Below, piece after piece: positions 20,608-29,496 of a stretch of 35,171 nucleotides of DNA; within the stretch, counting starts at the first letter, position 1; the number at the start of each line of letters is the position of its first letter. The stretch lies in assembly GCA_943368305.1 (NCBI GenBank), contig CALRKX020000001.1, positions 1 to 35,171 on the forward strand. The letters are read 5' to 3'. The position numbers were made by a program, and so were the translations under genes. This stretch comes from Erythrobacter sanguineus (lineage in GTDB: Bacteria; Pseudomonadota; Alphaproteobacteria; Rhodobacterales; Rhodobacteraceae). The notes below the pieces were generated by a model. That model searched no databases. It was not told the origin of the DNA and worked only from the letters and a program-made list of their open reading frames with translations.

Positions 20608-21648
20608 ATGGCGGCAGCGGCACTTCCCGCGCGCGGCAGCGGCTATGGCAAAGGGGCAGCGGCGCTGTTGCCCGACCGGCATCCGACAGCCGATTTTTTT
20701 GTCTGTGACATCTTCGAAGCCTTGCCCAAGGGTGACCTTGCCTCGATGGAACATCCGATGTTCTCGCTGGGCACGCGCCCCGATCTGCGGATTCTCAGCT
20801 ATGCCCATAACGGGGCCGAGATCACCATCACCCCTTCGGTGCGCGGGCTGGCGACGATTCATGACAAGGACATTCTGATCTATTGCATCAGCCAGTTGAT
20901 GGCGGCGATCAATGCCGGAAGGGCGGTCAGCCGGGTGCTGCACCTGAAGGCGCATGACCTGTTGGTGGCCACCAACCGCGAAACCAGCGGCGACGGCTAT
21001 CAGCGCCTGCGCGAAGCGTTCGAGCGGCTGGCCGGCACCCGCATCACCACCAATATCGTCACCGGAGAGCTGGAGACCACCACGGGTTTCGGCCTGATCG
21101 AAAGCTGGCAGATCGTGCGCCACACCCGCGCGGGCCGGATGGTCAGCGTGATGGTCACCATCTCTGACTGGCTGTTCCGCTCGGTGCTGTCGAAATCGGT
21201 CCTGACACTGAGCCGCGATTATTTCCGGCTGAGAAAACCGCTGGAGCGCCGGGTCTACGAGATCGCGCGCAAGCATTGCGGGCGGCAGCCCGAATGGCGG
21301 ATCTCGGTGGAAACCCTGCTCAAGAAATCCGGCTCGGCCAGCCCGCGGCGCGTCTTTCGCAAGATGATCCGCGACATGATCGAGGCCGACACCCTGCCCG
21401 ATTACCGGCTGGAGGAAGAGCCGGGCGACATCCTGCGCGTCACCCCCCGCCGGGTGCCGCCCGAGGCGCTGCTGGGGGCGCCGCTTCTCGATCCCGACAC
21501 ACTGGACGAGGCGCGCCACCTCGCCCCCGGCTGGGACGTCCATGCGCTGGAGGCGGAATGGAAGAGCTGGTGGGTCGAAACCGGCCGCCCCCGCCTGCGT
21601 GCACCGGACAGGGCGTTCCTGGGCTGGGTCAAGGTGCGGGTAGGGTGA
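20608..21648 (+). CDS. repA: plasmid replication initiator protein A (RPA family, Rhodobacterales RepA-type)
   Basis: LLPDRHP..DFFVCDI, MEHPMFSL, GLATIHDKDILIYCISQL, RLAGTRITTNI, YFRLRKPLERRVYEIARKHCG, APGWDVHALE. Confidence 0.9.
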   Translation: MAAAALPARGSGYGKGAAALLPDRHPTADFFVCDIFEALPKGDLASMEHPMFSLGTRPDLRILSYAHNGAEITITPSVRGLATIHDKDILIYCISQLMAAINAGRAVSRVLHLKAHDLLVATNRETSGDGYQRLREAFERLAGTRITTNIVTGELETTTGFGLIESWQIVRHTRAGRMVSVMVTISDWLFRSVLSKSVLTLSRDYFRLRKPLERRVYEIARKHCGRQPEWRISVETLLKKSGSASPRRVFRKMIRDMIEADTLPDYRLEEEPGDILRVTPRRVPPEALLGAPLLDPDTLDEARHLAPGWDVHALEAEWKSWWVETGRPRLRAPDRAFLGWVKVRVG

Positions 21649-21717
21649 TTTCTGCGGTGCAGTATCTGCACAGGGTCGCTATGGTGGGCGTGCAATCTCT
21701 CTGACGCGAGCAGAACC

Positions 21718-22659
21718 TTGGATCTTTATTATTACCATTCTTCCCACGGCAATTTTGGCGACGACCTGAACACCTGGATCTGGGATACGCTTCTGCCCGG
21801 CTGGCGCGAGGCTTGGCCTGGGACGACGCTGATCGGGGTGGGCACGTTGATCAACAACGGTTTACCTCGGGGTATGCCCAAGCTGATCGTGGGGTCGGGG
21901 CTGGGCTATGGCGATGTGCCGGATGCAGGCCTGATGGCCGAATGCCGGTTTGAAGCCGTGCGGGGGCCGCGTTCGGCCGCAGGTTTGGGTTTGTCGGCTG
22001 ACAAAGGCATTGTCGATCCGGCAATCATGTTGTCGGACTTTTCAGAATTTCAGGGGCTACCCCGAACGGAGCGCCCGATCTTTGTCCCGCATGAGGCATC
22101 TATTTACCGCAATGATTGGGCACGGCTGTGCGCGGCGGCGGGGGTTGACTATGTCTCTCCAAGCGGGGATGCCAAGACGGTCATCCACCGCCTTGCGACA
22201 GCCCCTTTGGTGATTGCAGAGTCCATGCATGCGGCCATCATTGCCGATACTTTTGGCACACCCTGGCATGCGGTCTCCATCTCTCATCGGTTCAATGGGG
22301 CGAAGTGGCTGGACTGGTCCGAGAGCGTGGGCGTGCAACTGAAGATATCACCGCTCTATCCCATCATGGAGCGGATTGCGCGGATCGTGCCCAAGCAAGC
22401 AGCGCCCGCGGCGGCGCGACAGGGCCATATGCATGTTGCTGATGCAGCAGCTCCCGCCAGCCCGAAGCCAGTCGGTCCGTCGCGGGGTAGCAAGCTGCCC
22501 CTGCGTCTCCGCCTGCGAATGGAACTGGAGGCCTTGCAAACCCCTTCTGCCTTGCGGAAAATTGTTGCCAGGCAGGGCCAACTCAGTGACAGGGCTATCC
22601 TGGAGCAGAGCAAGGAGCGGTATCGCGAGGTGCTGCGTCGGCTGCGCTCAGGGTTTTGA
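21718..22659 (+). CDS. exoV: ExoV-like polysaccharide pyruvyltransferase
   Basis: YYY..HGNFGDDLN.W.W..LLPG, GSGLGYG, VRGPRSA, FVPH, AESMHAAIIAD, KWLDW. Confidence 0.8.
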   Translation: MDLYYYHSSHGNFGDDLNTWIWDTLLPGWREAWPGTTLIGVGTLINNGLPRGMPKLIVGSGLGYGDVPDAGLMAECRFEAVRGPRSAAGLGLSADKGIVDPAIMLSDFSEFQGLPRTERPIFVPHEASIYRNDWARLCAAAGVDYVSPSGDAKTVIHRLATAPLVIAESMHAAIIADTFGTPWHAVSISHRFNGAKWLDWSESVGVQLKISPLYPIMERIARIVPKQAAPAAARQGHMHVADAAAPASPKPVGPSRGSKLPLRLRLRMELEALQTPSALRKIVARQGQLSDRAILEQSKERYREVLRRLRSGF

Positions 22660-22678
22660 AGCCAAGGGAGCGTGAAAA

Positions 22679-23239
22679 GTGGCAGAAGGGGTACATAAGG
22701 CGCGCCGCACTAAGCCGAAGCGGCTGGCACGGCTGATCCTGTCTTTCCTTGATCCGCGCGCCTGGGCCCATGCGGTCAAGGTGGTCAATTACTACAACTA
22801 TATCCATGTGACCGAACTGCGCAAAGTCACCAAGGGGCAAAAGCTGATCATCAGCCCGACCGCCAGTTTCGCCAACGGGCAGAACATCACCCTTGGCGAC
22901 CGCTGCCGCATCGGGGCCAATTGCTATCTGTGGGCCGGGCCGGGGCAGGGGCGGATTATTCTGGAGCCCGATGTGATGCTGGCCCCTGGCGTGATGATGT
23001 CGGCGGCGAACTATCGGTTCAACGACGGCAGCCCTGTCACCGATCAGGCGATGAAAGAGGCTGACATAACCATCGGCCGCGATGTCTGGATCGGTTATGG
23101 CGCGGTGATCCTGGCGGGGGCGCAAGTGGGGCAGGGGGCCATCATCGGTGCCGGTGCCGTTGTGCGGGGCAAGGTGGAGCCTTTTGCAATTGTGGCGGGC
23201 AATCCGGCCACGACCGTGGGCACGCGCCGACAGCCCTAG
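22679..23239 (+). CDS. hexapeptide-repeat (LbH) acetyltransferase
   Basis: ITLGDRCRIGANC, ITIGRDVWIGYGAVILAGAQVGQGAIIGAGAVV..VAGNPA. Confidence 0.9.
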   Translation: MAEGVHKARRTKPKRLARLILSFLDPRAWAHAVKVVNYYNYIHVTELRKVTKGQKLIISPTASFANGQNITLGDRCRIGANCYLWAGPGQGRIILEPDVMLAPGVMMSAANYRFNDGSPVTDQAMKEADITIGRDVWIGYGAVILAGAQVGQGAIIGAGAVVRGKVEPFAIVAGNPATTVGTRRQP

Positions 23240-24477
23240 CGCTTGGCAAAAACCCGGTCATAGGCGGCCAGCAGATGCGGCACCGAATGGGTCCAGGATA
23301 GCTTGTCGAACACGCGCTTGCGGCCCAGACGGCCCATTTCGCGGCCTTTTTCAGGATCGGCGATCAGCTCGGCGATTCTGGCTGCGAAATCCAAGGGGTC
23401 ATTGGCGCGGGCATAAAGCGAGGCACCTTCGGCCGAGGCGCGGCCTTCGGTCAGGTCAAACTGCACCACCGGCTTTTCCAGGGTCATGTATTCCATGACC
23501 TTGTTCATGGTGGAAATGTCGTTCATCCCGTTCTTGGGGTCGGGCGAAACCCCGATGTCGACCGAGTTCAGCACCCGCAGCAGGTCTTCGCCATATTGCG
23601 CACCGGTAAAGGTGAAATACTCGGCCAGGCCATGGGTGGCCACGTCGCGTTCCACTTCGGCCTGATGCGGGCCGAAGCCCACAATCACCACATGCAGATC
23701 GGTGTGGCCCATCTTGCGCACCAGGTGGTCAACCGCCTGGATCAGAAGGTCCAGCCCCTCTTGCTGGCCGATCACGCCGACCCAGCCAAGAACGGTCTTT
23801 GCCCCCTTGCGTACGGCAGGATCGGCGGGGCGCAGCTCGAACTTCTCGACCTTGGGGGCAGAGCGGACGACAAAGACATCCTCGGGGCGCATATGGCCAC
23901 GGGTCAGGGCGATGCGGCGAAAGCTTTCATTGGTGGCGATGGAGACAGAGGCGCAGGCAAAGGTGATCCGCTCCCACCACAACATGACCTTGTAGAGCAG
24001 GCCCCGCTTGTTGAACTTGGCCTCGAACAGCTCGGGACAGACATCGTGGTGATCGAAGAGATACCGCACCCCCGAAAGGCGATAGCGCAGCGCCAGAAGC
24101 CAGATCAGATCGGGCGGGTTGCAGCCGTGGATGACGTCAAACCCCTGTTCGCGCCGCACTTTGCGCGCCAGCCGGAACATGTGCCATAGGGCCAGACCAT
24201 ATTCGATGGCATAGGCCTTGGCCCCGGCATGGGCCTCTGGCGGTTCGGGATAGCGGTAGATGTGAACGCCGTCGATCAGCTCGTACTGTTTGTCCCAGCC
24301 GCGGCCGGTGGGGCAGATCACGCTGACATGATATCCGTGCTGCCTGAGCGTCGTCGCCTCCAGCCAGACCCGGCGGTCCAGCGGCACCGGCAGGTTTTCC
24401 ACCACGATCAGAACACGCCGTCCGGCCCCTGTGGCCGCGTTCAGCTTGTCCCCCGCGGTCTGATTGCCTTGCTGCAT
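23236..24477 (-). CDS. glycosyltransferase family 4
   Basis: VENLPVPLDRRVW, HGCNPPD, FDHHD.CPE, STMNKVMEYM; start uncertain (24477 or 24522). Confidence 0.9.
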   Translation of the reverse strand: MQQGNQTAGDKLNAATGAGRRVLIVVENLPVPLDRRVWLEATTLRQHGYHVSVICPTGRGWDKQYELIDGVHIYRYPEPPEAHAGAKAYAIEYGLALWHMFRLARKVRREQGFDVIHGCNPPDLIWLLALRYRLSGVRYLFDHHDVCPELFEAKFNKRGLLYKVMLWWERITFACASVSIATNESFRRIALTRGHMRPEDVFVVRSAPKVEKFELRPADPAVRKGAKTVLGWVGVIGQQEGLDLLIQAVDHLVRKMGHTDLHVVIVGFGPHQAEVERDVATHGLAEYFTFTGAQYGEDLLRVLNSVDIGVSPDPKNGMNDISTMNKVMEYMTLEKPVVQFDLTEGRASAEGASLYARANDPLDFAARIAELIADPEKGREMGRLGRKRVFDKLSWTHSVPHLLAAYDRVFAKR

Positions 24478-24621
24478 GCCTGTCGCCTGAAAGTTCCGTC
24501 GTTCTATAGGCTGTCTTGCCATGTTCCGCGTCAACCTGAAAGGCTTTGGCGTGATGCTGCATTGGCGAAAGGCGGCATTTTGCAAAGAAACTGGCCACAT
24601 CGCCGCAAGGAAAAGCGGCTT

Positions 24622-24639
24622 TGTTTCGCGTGCGAAACA
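24622..24639. promoter_or_regulatory. putative parS centromere site 2
   Basis: TGTTTCGCGTGCGAAACA is the exact reverse complement of the 18-bp core at 18759-18776. Confidence 0.7.
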
Positions 24640-24642
24640 GAT

Positions 24643-24658
24643 TGTTGCTGCAATGCAG
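24643..24658. promoter_or_regulatory. putative PhaR/AniA-like operator (CTGC-N3-GCAG)
   Basis: TGTTGCTGCAATGCAG, 15/16 identical to 34121-34136. Confidence 0.45.
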
Positions 24659-24752
24659 AAGATGGTGGCTTGAGAGTGTCACGGGTTGCTTGGGTCCGTT
24701 AGCCGAAGCTGCTAGCTTGCCGGTTCTGGAACAGGAAAGATTGAGGCAAGGG

Positions 24753-25703
24753 ATGATGGATCCTGTGATTTCGATCATAATGCCGCTTTACAATCGCGGC
24801 TGGTGTGTCGTCGACTGCATCGAAAGTATCGGTCTTGGGCCCACATGGGCCGAACTGATCATCGTCGATGACGGGTCAAGGGATGATTCCATTTCACGTG
24901 CCAGGCAAGCTTTGGCCCGGCTGGACCAGTCCACCAGGGTAACGCTGATCGAGCAAGAAAATGCGGGACCGAGTATCGCCAGAAACCGCGCCGCTGCTGC
25001 AGCAAAGGGCCAGTGGCTGGTGTTTCTGGACAGTGATGACCTGTGGTTTTCCTGGACCTTGCAGACGCTGTTTCAGGTTTTGGCGGCGGCTCCGTCAGAG
25101 GTGGACCTTGTCTTTTTGCAAGGGCGAAATTTTGCGGAGACCTCTGAACTTGCCAATATCCAGCCCGCCGCCGCCACAACCCAGGTTCACCCCAGTTTTG
25201 TCGATACGGTTCAGGCCGCTCCGGCTATGCGCTATGGGGCCTGCAACGCTGCAATCCGGCGTGCCGTCTTTGCCGGGTTGGGCGGGTTTGCCGCAGATCT
25301 GCGCTGCATGGAGGATACCGATCTTTTCCTGCGCGTCCCCGGTTCGGTCATGACGATTGCGTCCCCGGTTCTGGCCGCTTTGCGGCGCAGTGGCCATGAA
25401 AGCCTGTCGGGAAATGTGAAAGAGGTCATCAAGGGCTTTCACTGGCTGGTCACCAAGGCAGCCGAAGGCTGTTATATCGGTCGGCCAGAGGCAATCCGCA
25501 GCTTTCTTGCCGGTTCTTGCGCCTATTCGATCCGCACAGCCTTTGCCGCCGGATACCCTGCGCAGGCGTATCGGATATATCTGCGGAATATACAGCTTCT
25601 GGCAAACAGTCGCACACGAAAGCACCTTGTCAGGTTGCCTCTGACACCTCTTTTACATGCCTTGAGACCCGCAGCTTACCCCTACCGGCGTCGCCCGGCC
25701 TAA
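24753..25703 (+). CDS. glycosyltransferase family 2
   Basis: SIIMPLYNR, IVDDGSRD, NAGPSIARN, FLDSDD, EDTDL. Confidence 0.9.
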   Translation: MMDPVISIIMPLYNRGWCVVDCIESIGLGPTWAELIIVDDGSRDDSISRARQALARLDQSTRVTLIEQENAGPSIARNRAAAAAKGQWLVFLDSDDLWFSWTLQTLFQVLAAAPSEVDLVFLQGRNFAETSELANIQPAAATTQVHPSFVDTVQAAPAMRYGACNAAIRRAVFAGLGGFAADLRCMEDTDLFLRVPGSVMTIASPVLAALRRSGHESLSGNVKEVIKGFHWLVTKAAEGCYIGRPEAIRSFLAGSCAYSIRTAFAAGYPAQAYRIYLRNIQLLANSRTRKHLVRLPLTPLLHALRPAAYPYRRRPA

Positions 25704-25730
25704 GGGGTTTGCGATTACAAATACAGGACT

Positions 25731-25758
25731 CCCGACCCATGCGATGCAACGGGTCGGG
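25731..25758. terminator. stem-loop between convergent genes
   Basis: CCCGACCC...GGGTCGGG between stops at 25703 and 25782. Confidence 0.55.
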
Positions 25759-25781
25759 GCTACGAGGTCTATGATGCTGGA

Positions 25782-27461
25782 TCAGTAGGTGATCGGGGTT
25801 GCCAGATCGTGGCTGTGGCGCAGGGTTTCCAGCGTTGCGAACTCGGTTGGCGTCAACACCGAGTCATAGATCGACAGATTGCTGATCGTGCCGTCGAAGA
25901 AGGACGAGACCCTGTCGGTCGTGCCACGCGTGCTTTGGCCGTTGACCCCGCCCAGAACCAGATATTCGCTGTTGCCCGACAGATCGAGGTCGAAGGCCGC
26001 TTCGCCGACCTGGCTACCGTTTACCCACAGCTTTACCTTTTGTTCGTCAAAGGTGATCAGAACGTCGTAATCCGTGTTAGCCTTGATGCCGGTTTTCGAC
26101 AGGGTGATCGTCTGGCCCATGTCATTTTCGGCGCACAGGATCAGCTTGCCGTTCTGAATCCAGACGGAGAAATCATCGTCGTAACCAGCGGCCCCCTTCG
26201 AAATGATGCCGCGCGATCCTGCAACCGTATCGGCATTGAAGTTTACATGGATCGAGCCCGTGTCAATATCCATCGCCTTGTTGTCCGCCAGCTTCACGAC
26301 CCCGGATTTGGTGCCTGCCAGTTCATAGGACGTGTCGAGGTGATAGACCGAAGTGGGGGCCGTAGGCGTTACAACGGCAGGCGCTTCCCCCTGCTGGATG
26401 GGCGTGGCGGTTCCGAAATGCTCCAGCAGCAGATGGGCAAGACGGTCTTGCGCGCCTAGACCGGTTCCGAAATCGATGGCAGAGCCCGCGACAGGGACAA
26501 AATTTTCCCAGGTGGTTCCGTTGGTGCCATGAAACAAAGAGGAGAGATTGGCATTGCGACCGTAGAAGTAGTTGTCGGTAACAACAGAGGCCTTCGTCTC
26601 ATCCATGATCATCTTGGCAACATTGCCTTCGATGATCGTGCCGGAGTTGTTCATGCCGGCCTTGTCAACCAGCCGGATGATCGCTCCGCCATCCCCAACA
26701 CCGGGAATGAGCGTATTGTGGCGCACCACGACATTCTGCTGCCCGCCGTTGATGTAGATCGAGTTGGGCGAGTTGACGTTGATCAGGTTGTCTTCGATCA
26801 GGATATTCTTGTAGCCGCCCGCTGCGGGATCAGACACGAAGATGCCCTGTGCATTGATCTCACCTGTCGCCGGGTTGTCATAAAGCAGATTCCCGCGAAT
26901 GATGATGTCGTGCGGGGTAACGCCGTTGCTGGCGAAGAACTGAATCAGGTCGGGATGGGTGCCGCTTAGGGCGATCGTGTCGGAGAGAACATTGTTCTCG
27001 ACCAGACCATTGTAGCTATTGCCCGTGATCCGCATCACATCTGTCGAGACATTGCCGAAGGTGCTGTTTGTCACGGTGAAATTCTGGATCGAATTCAAGA
27101 GGATGCTGTATTGCCCCCCGGTCGCGGTGACATTGTCAACGACAAGGCCATTCACGTCACGGAAATTGAGGATACTGTTCGATGTTGAGTTCGTCAGAGA
27201 AATGTTCGCGGAAGATGTCGCCTCGAAACTGTACTGAAGTTTCAGCCCATCGAACGCCAGATTGCTTGCGCCGCTCAGGGTGATTTTCGAAAATGTCGCC
27301 CCCAGGGGATTTTCCGCCTGAATGGTGACCGCTGAAGAAAACGTGCTCTTCAGCGCAACTGTACCATAGTCTCCATTCGCAAGCAGGATGGTGTCTCCAC
27401 CTGTCGCGGTTTTCAGAGCAGAAAGAAGTTGGGTCTGGTTCGAGACCTTGATTGTAGCCAT
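25782..27461 (-). CDS. right-handed parallel beta-helix protein with C-terminal LamG/ConA-like domain, no signal peptide
   Basis: GGDTILLANGDYG start, repeated I/V-x-x-N beta-helix pattern, HPDLIQ; C-terminal IISKG..LWVNG..LVLGG..FFDGTISNLSIYDSVLT. Confidence 0.8.
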   Translation of the reverse strand: MATIKVSNQTQLLSALKTATGGDTILLANGDYGTVALKSTFSSAVTIQAENPLGATFSKITLSGASNLAFDGLKLQYSFEATSSANISLTNSTSNSILNFRDVNGLVVDNVTATGGQYSILLNSIQNFTVTNSTFGNVSTDVMRITGNSYNGLVENNVLSDTIALSGTHPDLIQFFASNGVTPHDIIIRGNLLYDNPATGEINAQGIFVSDPAAGGYKNILIEDNLINVNSPNSIYINGGQQNVVVRHNTLIPGVGDGGAIIRLVDKAGMNNSGTIIEGNVAKMIMDETKASVVTDNYFYGRNANLSSLFHGTNGTTWENFVPVAGSAIDFGTGLGAQDRLAHLLLEHFGTATPIQQGEAPAVVTPTAPTSVYHLDTSYELAGTKSGVVKLADNKAMDIDTGSIHVNFNADTVAGSRGIISKGAAGYDDDFSVWIQNGKLILCAENDMGQTITLSKTGIKANTDYDVLITFDEQKVKLWVNGSQVGEAAFDLDLSGNSEYLVLGGVNGQSTRGTTDRVSSFFDGTISNLSIYDSVLTPTEFATLETLRHSHDLATPITY

Positions 27462-27959
27462 CGCTGGTAACCCCCGTGAGCAGCGGCAGAAGCTTAACTT
27501 TCCGGGCAGAGATCGTGCATCTTCTGGGCGTTGTCTGGGCAGGACGGTGGTTTCGAGTCGATCAACTGTGCCGAAAACGCCGTATTTTTGACTGGATTTA
27601 CAAGAAAGCCGTTAACCTTGCGCGCGGAGTTCATTCATGGCGGCAAGTTCTTCAGGAAGGTCGGAACTATTTATTATCAGTATGATACATGAAAGCATCA
27701 CCTCAGATGCGCTGCTGTTTTCGAAGGTGTTCCCTGCTGGATACATTCTAGAAAGCAAGAAACGAGCATTGTATTTTCAGTGCATTTGAAGTGCATCTTG
27801 GTGGCGTAAATCCGCTCAAGCTATGTGGTTGCGCATTGACCCGAACGTCCTTCAGCCCCGCGGATTGTGGCCGACGAAAGGTTCCTTCTGGTATTTTCCA
27901 CTCTTGTCCAACCTGGACATGCTATCCTGCCCCTCCCTTTTGCCAGGTCATCCCTCACA

Positions 27960-29126
27960 ATGCCGCATCGGTTTTTTCTCCGCGTCTTGCTTCTAAATCT
28001 TGTGTTTGTGGTTCTGCATGGTCCGGCATGGGCACAGGACGTCCGTGTGAGGACGGCGGATGAACTTTCCATCGCATTGCAGAACGTGCAGGGAGGCGTG
28101 ATTGTTCTTGCCCCGGGCCGCTACGGTGATCTGGTGCTGCGAGACCGGAGTTTCAAAAACTCCGTCTCGCTGCGGGCCGAGGTCCCCCGCAAAGCGATCT
28201 TCGGCCAGGTGCGGCTGATGAACAGCGCGAACCTGCAGTTCGAAGGCCTTATGCTGGAAAAGCAGTTCCGCGTTGAAAGCAGCAAGAATATAGGCATCCG
28301 CGGCTGTCTGTCAGACGATATGTTGTATTTTCGAAATGTCAGCCATCTCCAGATTCAGGGCTGTGACGTCTCGGGTGGGCAATTCGGGGTTATCTTCAAC
28401 AGTGTGACCTATTTCGAGATACGGCAAAGCCGGGTTGGCAAGGTATCAGAAGACGTCATGCGCATCACCGGTGACAGCCATGACGGGCTGATTGAGGGCA
28501 ATATCCTCGATGACGTAATTTCCTATCCCCCCACACATCCGGATCTGATCCAGATGTTTGGGGCCCAGGGCAAGACGCCGGCCCGGATCACGATCCGTCG
28601 GAATTTCCTGCATGACAACCACGCGACAGGTTCCCCCAAGCGGACGGCACAGGGTATCTTCGTGTCAGATCCGGCGGGGGGGGGCTATCGGGATATCCTG
28701 ATCGAAGAGAATGTCATTAACACCCGGTCTGCCAATACCATTTACATCAATGGCGGACAAAAGCATGTCGTGGTGCGTAACAACACCCTGTTGCCGGGCG
28801 TCGGCGACGGTGGTGCGATCATCCGGTTGGTGGGCAAGGCGCGACAAAGCAATTCCGGCACAGTCGTCGAAGGCAACATAGCCAAGCAGATTCTGGATGA
28901 AACCAAGGATGCGCGCGTCGGACAAAACTACCTTTACGGCCGCGGTGCAAAAATCCTCGCGCTCTTCTCTGGCACTGGTGCCCGCTGGCAGGATTTTCTT
29001 CCTGTTCTGGGCACGGGCGCCGACAAACCCGGGATGGGGGCGACGGATTTTCTGCGCGAGCTTCTGGCTGCGCAGAAGCCCGGGGCCAAGGGTGGGCCGC
29101 GTCTGGGGCCGGACTGGTCCGAATAG
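27960..29126 (+). CDS. right-handed parallel beta-helix protein with Sec signal peptide (paralog of 25782..27461)
   Basis: Signal peptide ending AWA-QD; GGVIVLAPGRYG, HPDLIQ, QGIFVSDPAGGGY, PGVGDGGAIIRLV. Confidence 0.8.
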   Translation: MPHRFFLRVLLLNLVFVVLHGPAWAQDVRVRTADELSIALQNVQGGVIVLAPGRYGDLVLRDRSFKNSVSLRAEVPRKAIFGQVRLMNSANLQFEGLMLEKQFRVESSKNIGIRGCLSDDMLYFRNVSHLQIQGCDVSGGQFGVIFNSVTYFEIRQSRVGKVSEDVMRITGDSHDGLIEGNILDDVISYPPTHPDLIQMFGAQGKTPARITIRRNFLHDNHATGSPKRTAQGIFVSDPAGGGYRDILIEENVINTRSANTIYINGGQKHVVVRNNTLLPGVGDGGAIIRLVGKARQSNSGTVVEGNIAKQILDETKDARVGQNYLYGRGAKILALFSGTGARWQDFLPVLGTGADKPGMGATDFLRELLAAQKPGAKGGPRLGPDWSE

Positions 29127-29235
29127 GCGTTGCACAGCGCGCGCCAGCAGCGCGCGCTGGGGTAGGGGGGTGATTACCGCTTTTCCCTAACCTTGCCGCC
29201 AATCGCCCATCCGGGCCGCGGACAAGGACACAGCC

Positions 29236-29496
29236 ATGCCTGACAGATTTCAGAACACCGCCGGCGGCATCAATGCGCCGGCCATTGCCGCCTTTGCCGT
29301 TACCCCCAGCGATATCGTCGATCTGGTCGAACCGGTGCGGCAGGTCACCCTGAATGTCGGCGGCACCCTGCGCTGGAGCGGGCGGGACGGCACGGTGAAC
29401 ACCACCGCCGCGCTGCCTGCCGGGTCTTATGCCCTGTCGGCCACACGCATCCATGCCACCGGCACCACGGCAACCGGCATCACGGGCTGGGTCTGA
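29236..29496 (+). CDS. ghsA: GTA/phage head-spike base protein (RCAP_rcc01079 family)
   Basis: 86 aa; MPDRF..PA..AFAVTPSD..DL...R......GGTL......G.......PAG.......RI.ATGTTATGI pattern recognised from the family; RBS AAGGA. Confidence 0.82.
   Translation: MPDRFQNTAGGINAPAIAAFAVTPSDIVDLVEPVRQVTLNVGGTLRWSGRDGTVNTTAALPAGSYALSATRIHATGTTATGITGWV

Noticed and set aside
16366-21543. Long ORFs 16366..17712 (-), 18102..19814 (+), 20353..21543 (-)
   Set aside because: Antisense to OMF, parAB and repA; no recognisable domains
27598-27800. Short imperfect palindromes and a GTTAAC half-site in the AT-rich region between the beta-helix genes
   Set aside because: Probably a divergent promoter, but no motif is strong enough to assign
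29160-29235. Possible CtrA site upstream of ghsA (TTAC...CTAAC)
   Set aside because: Spacing and half-sites do not fit TTAA-N7-TTAA
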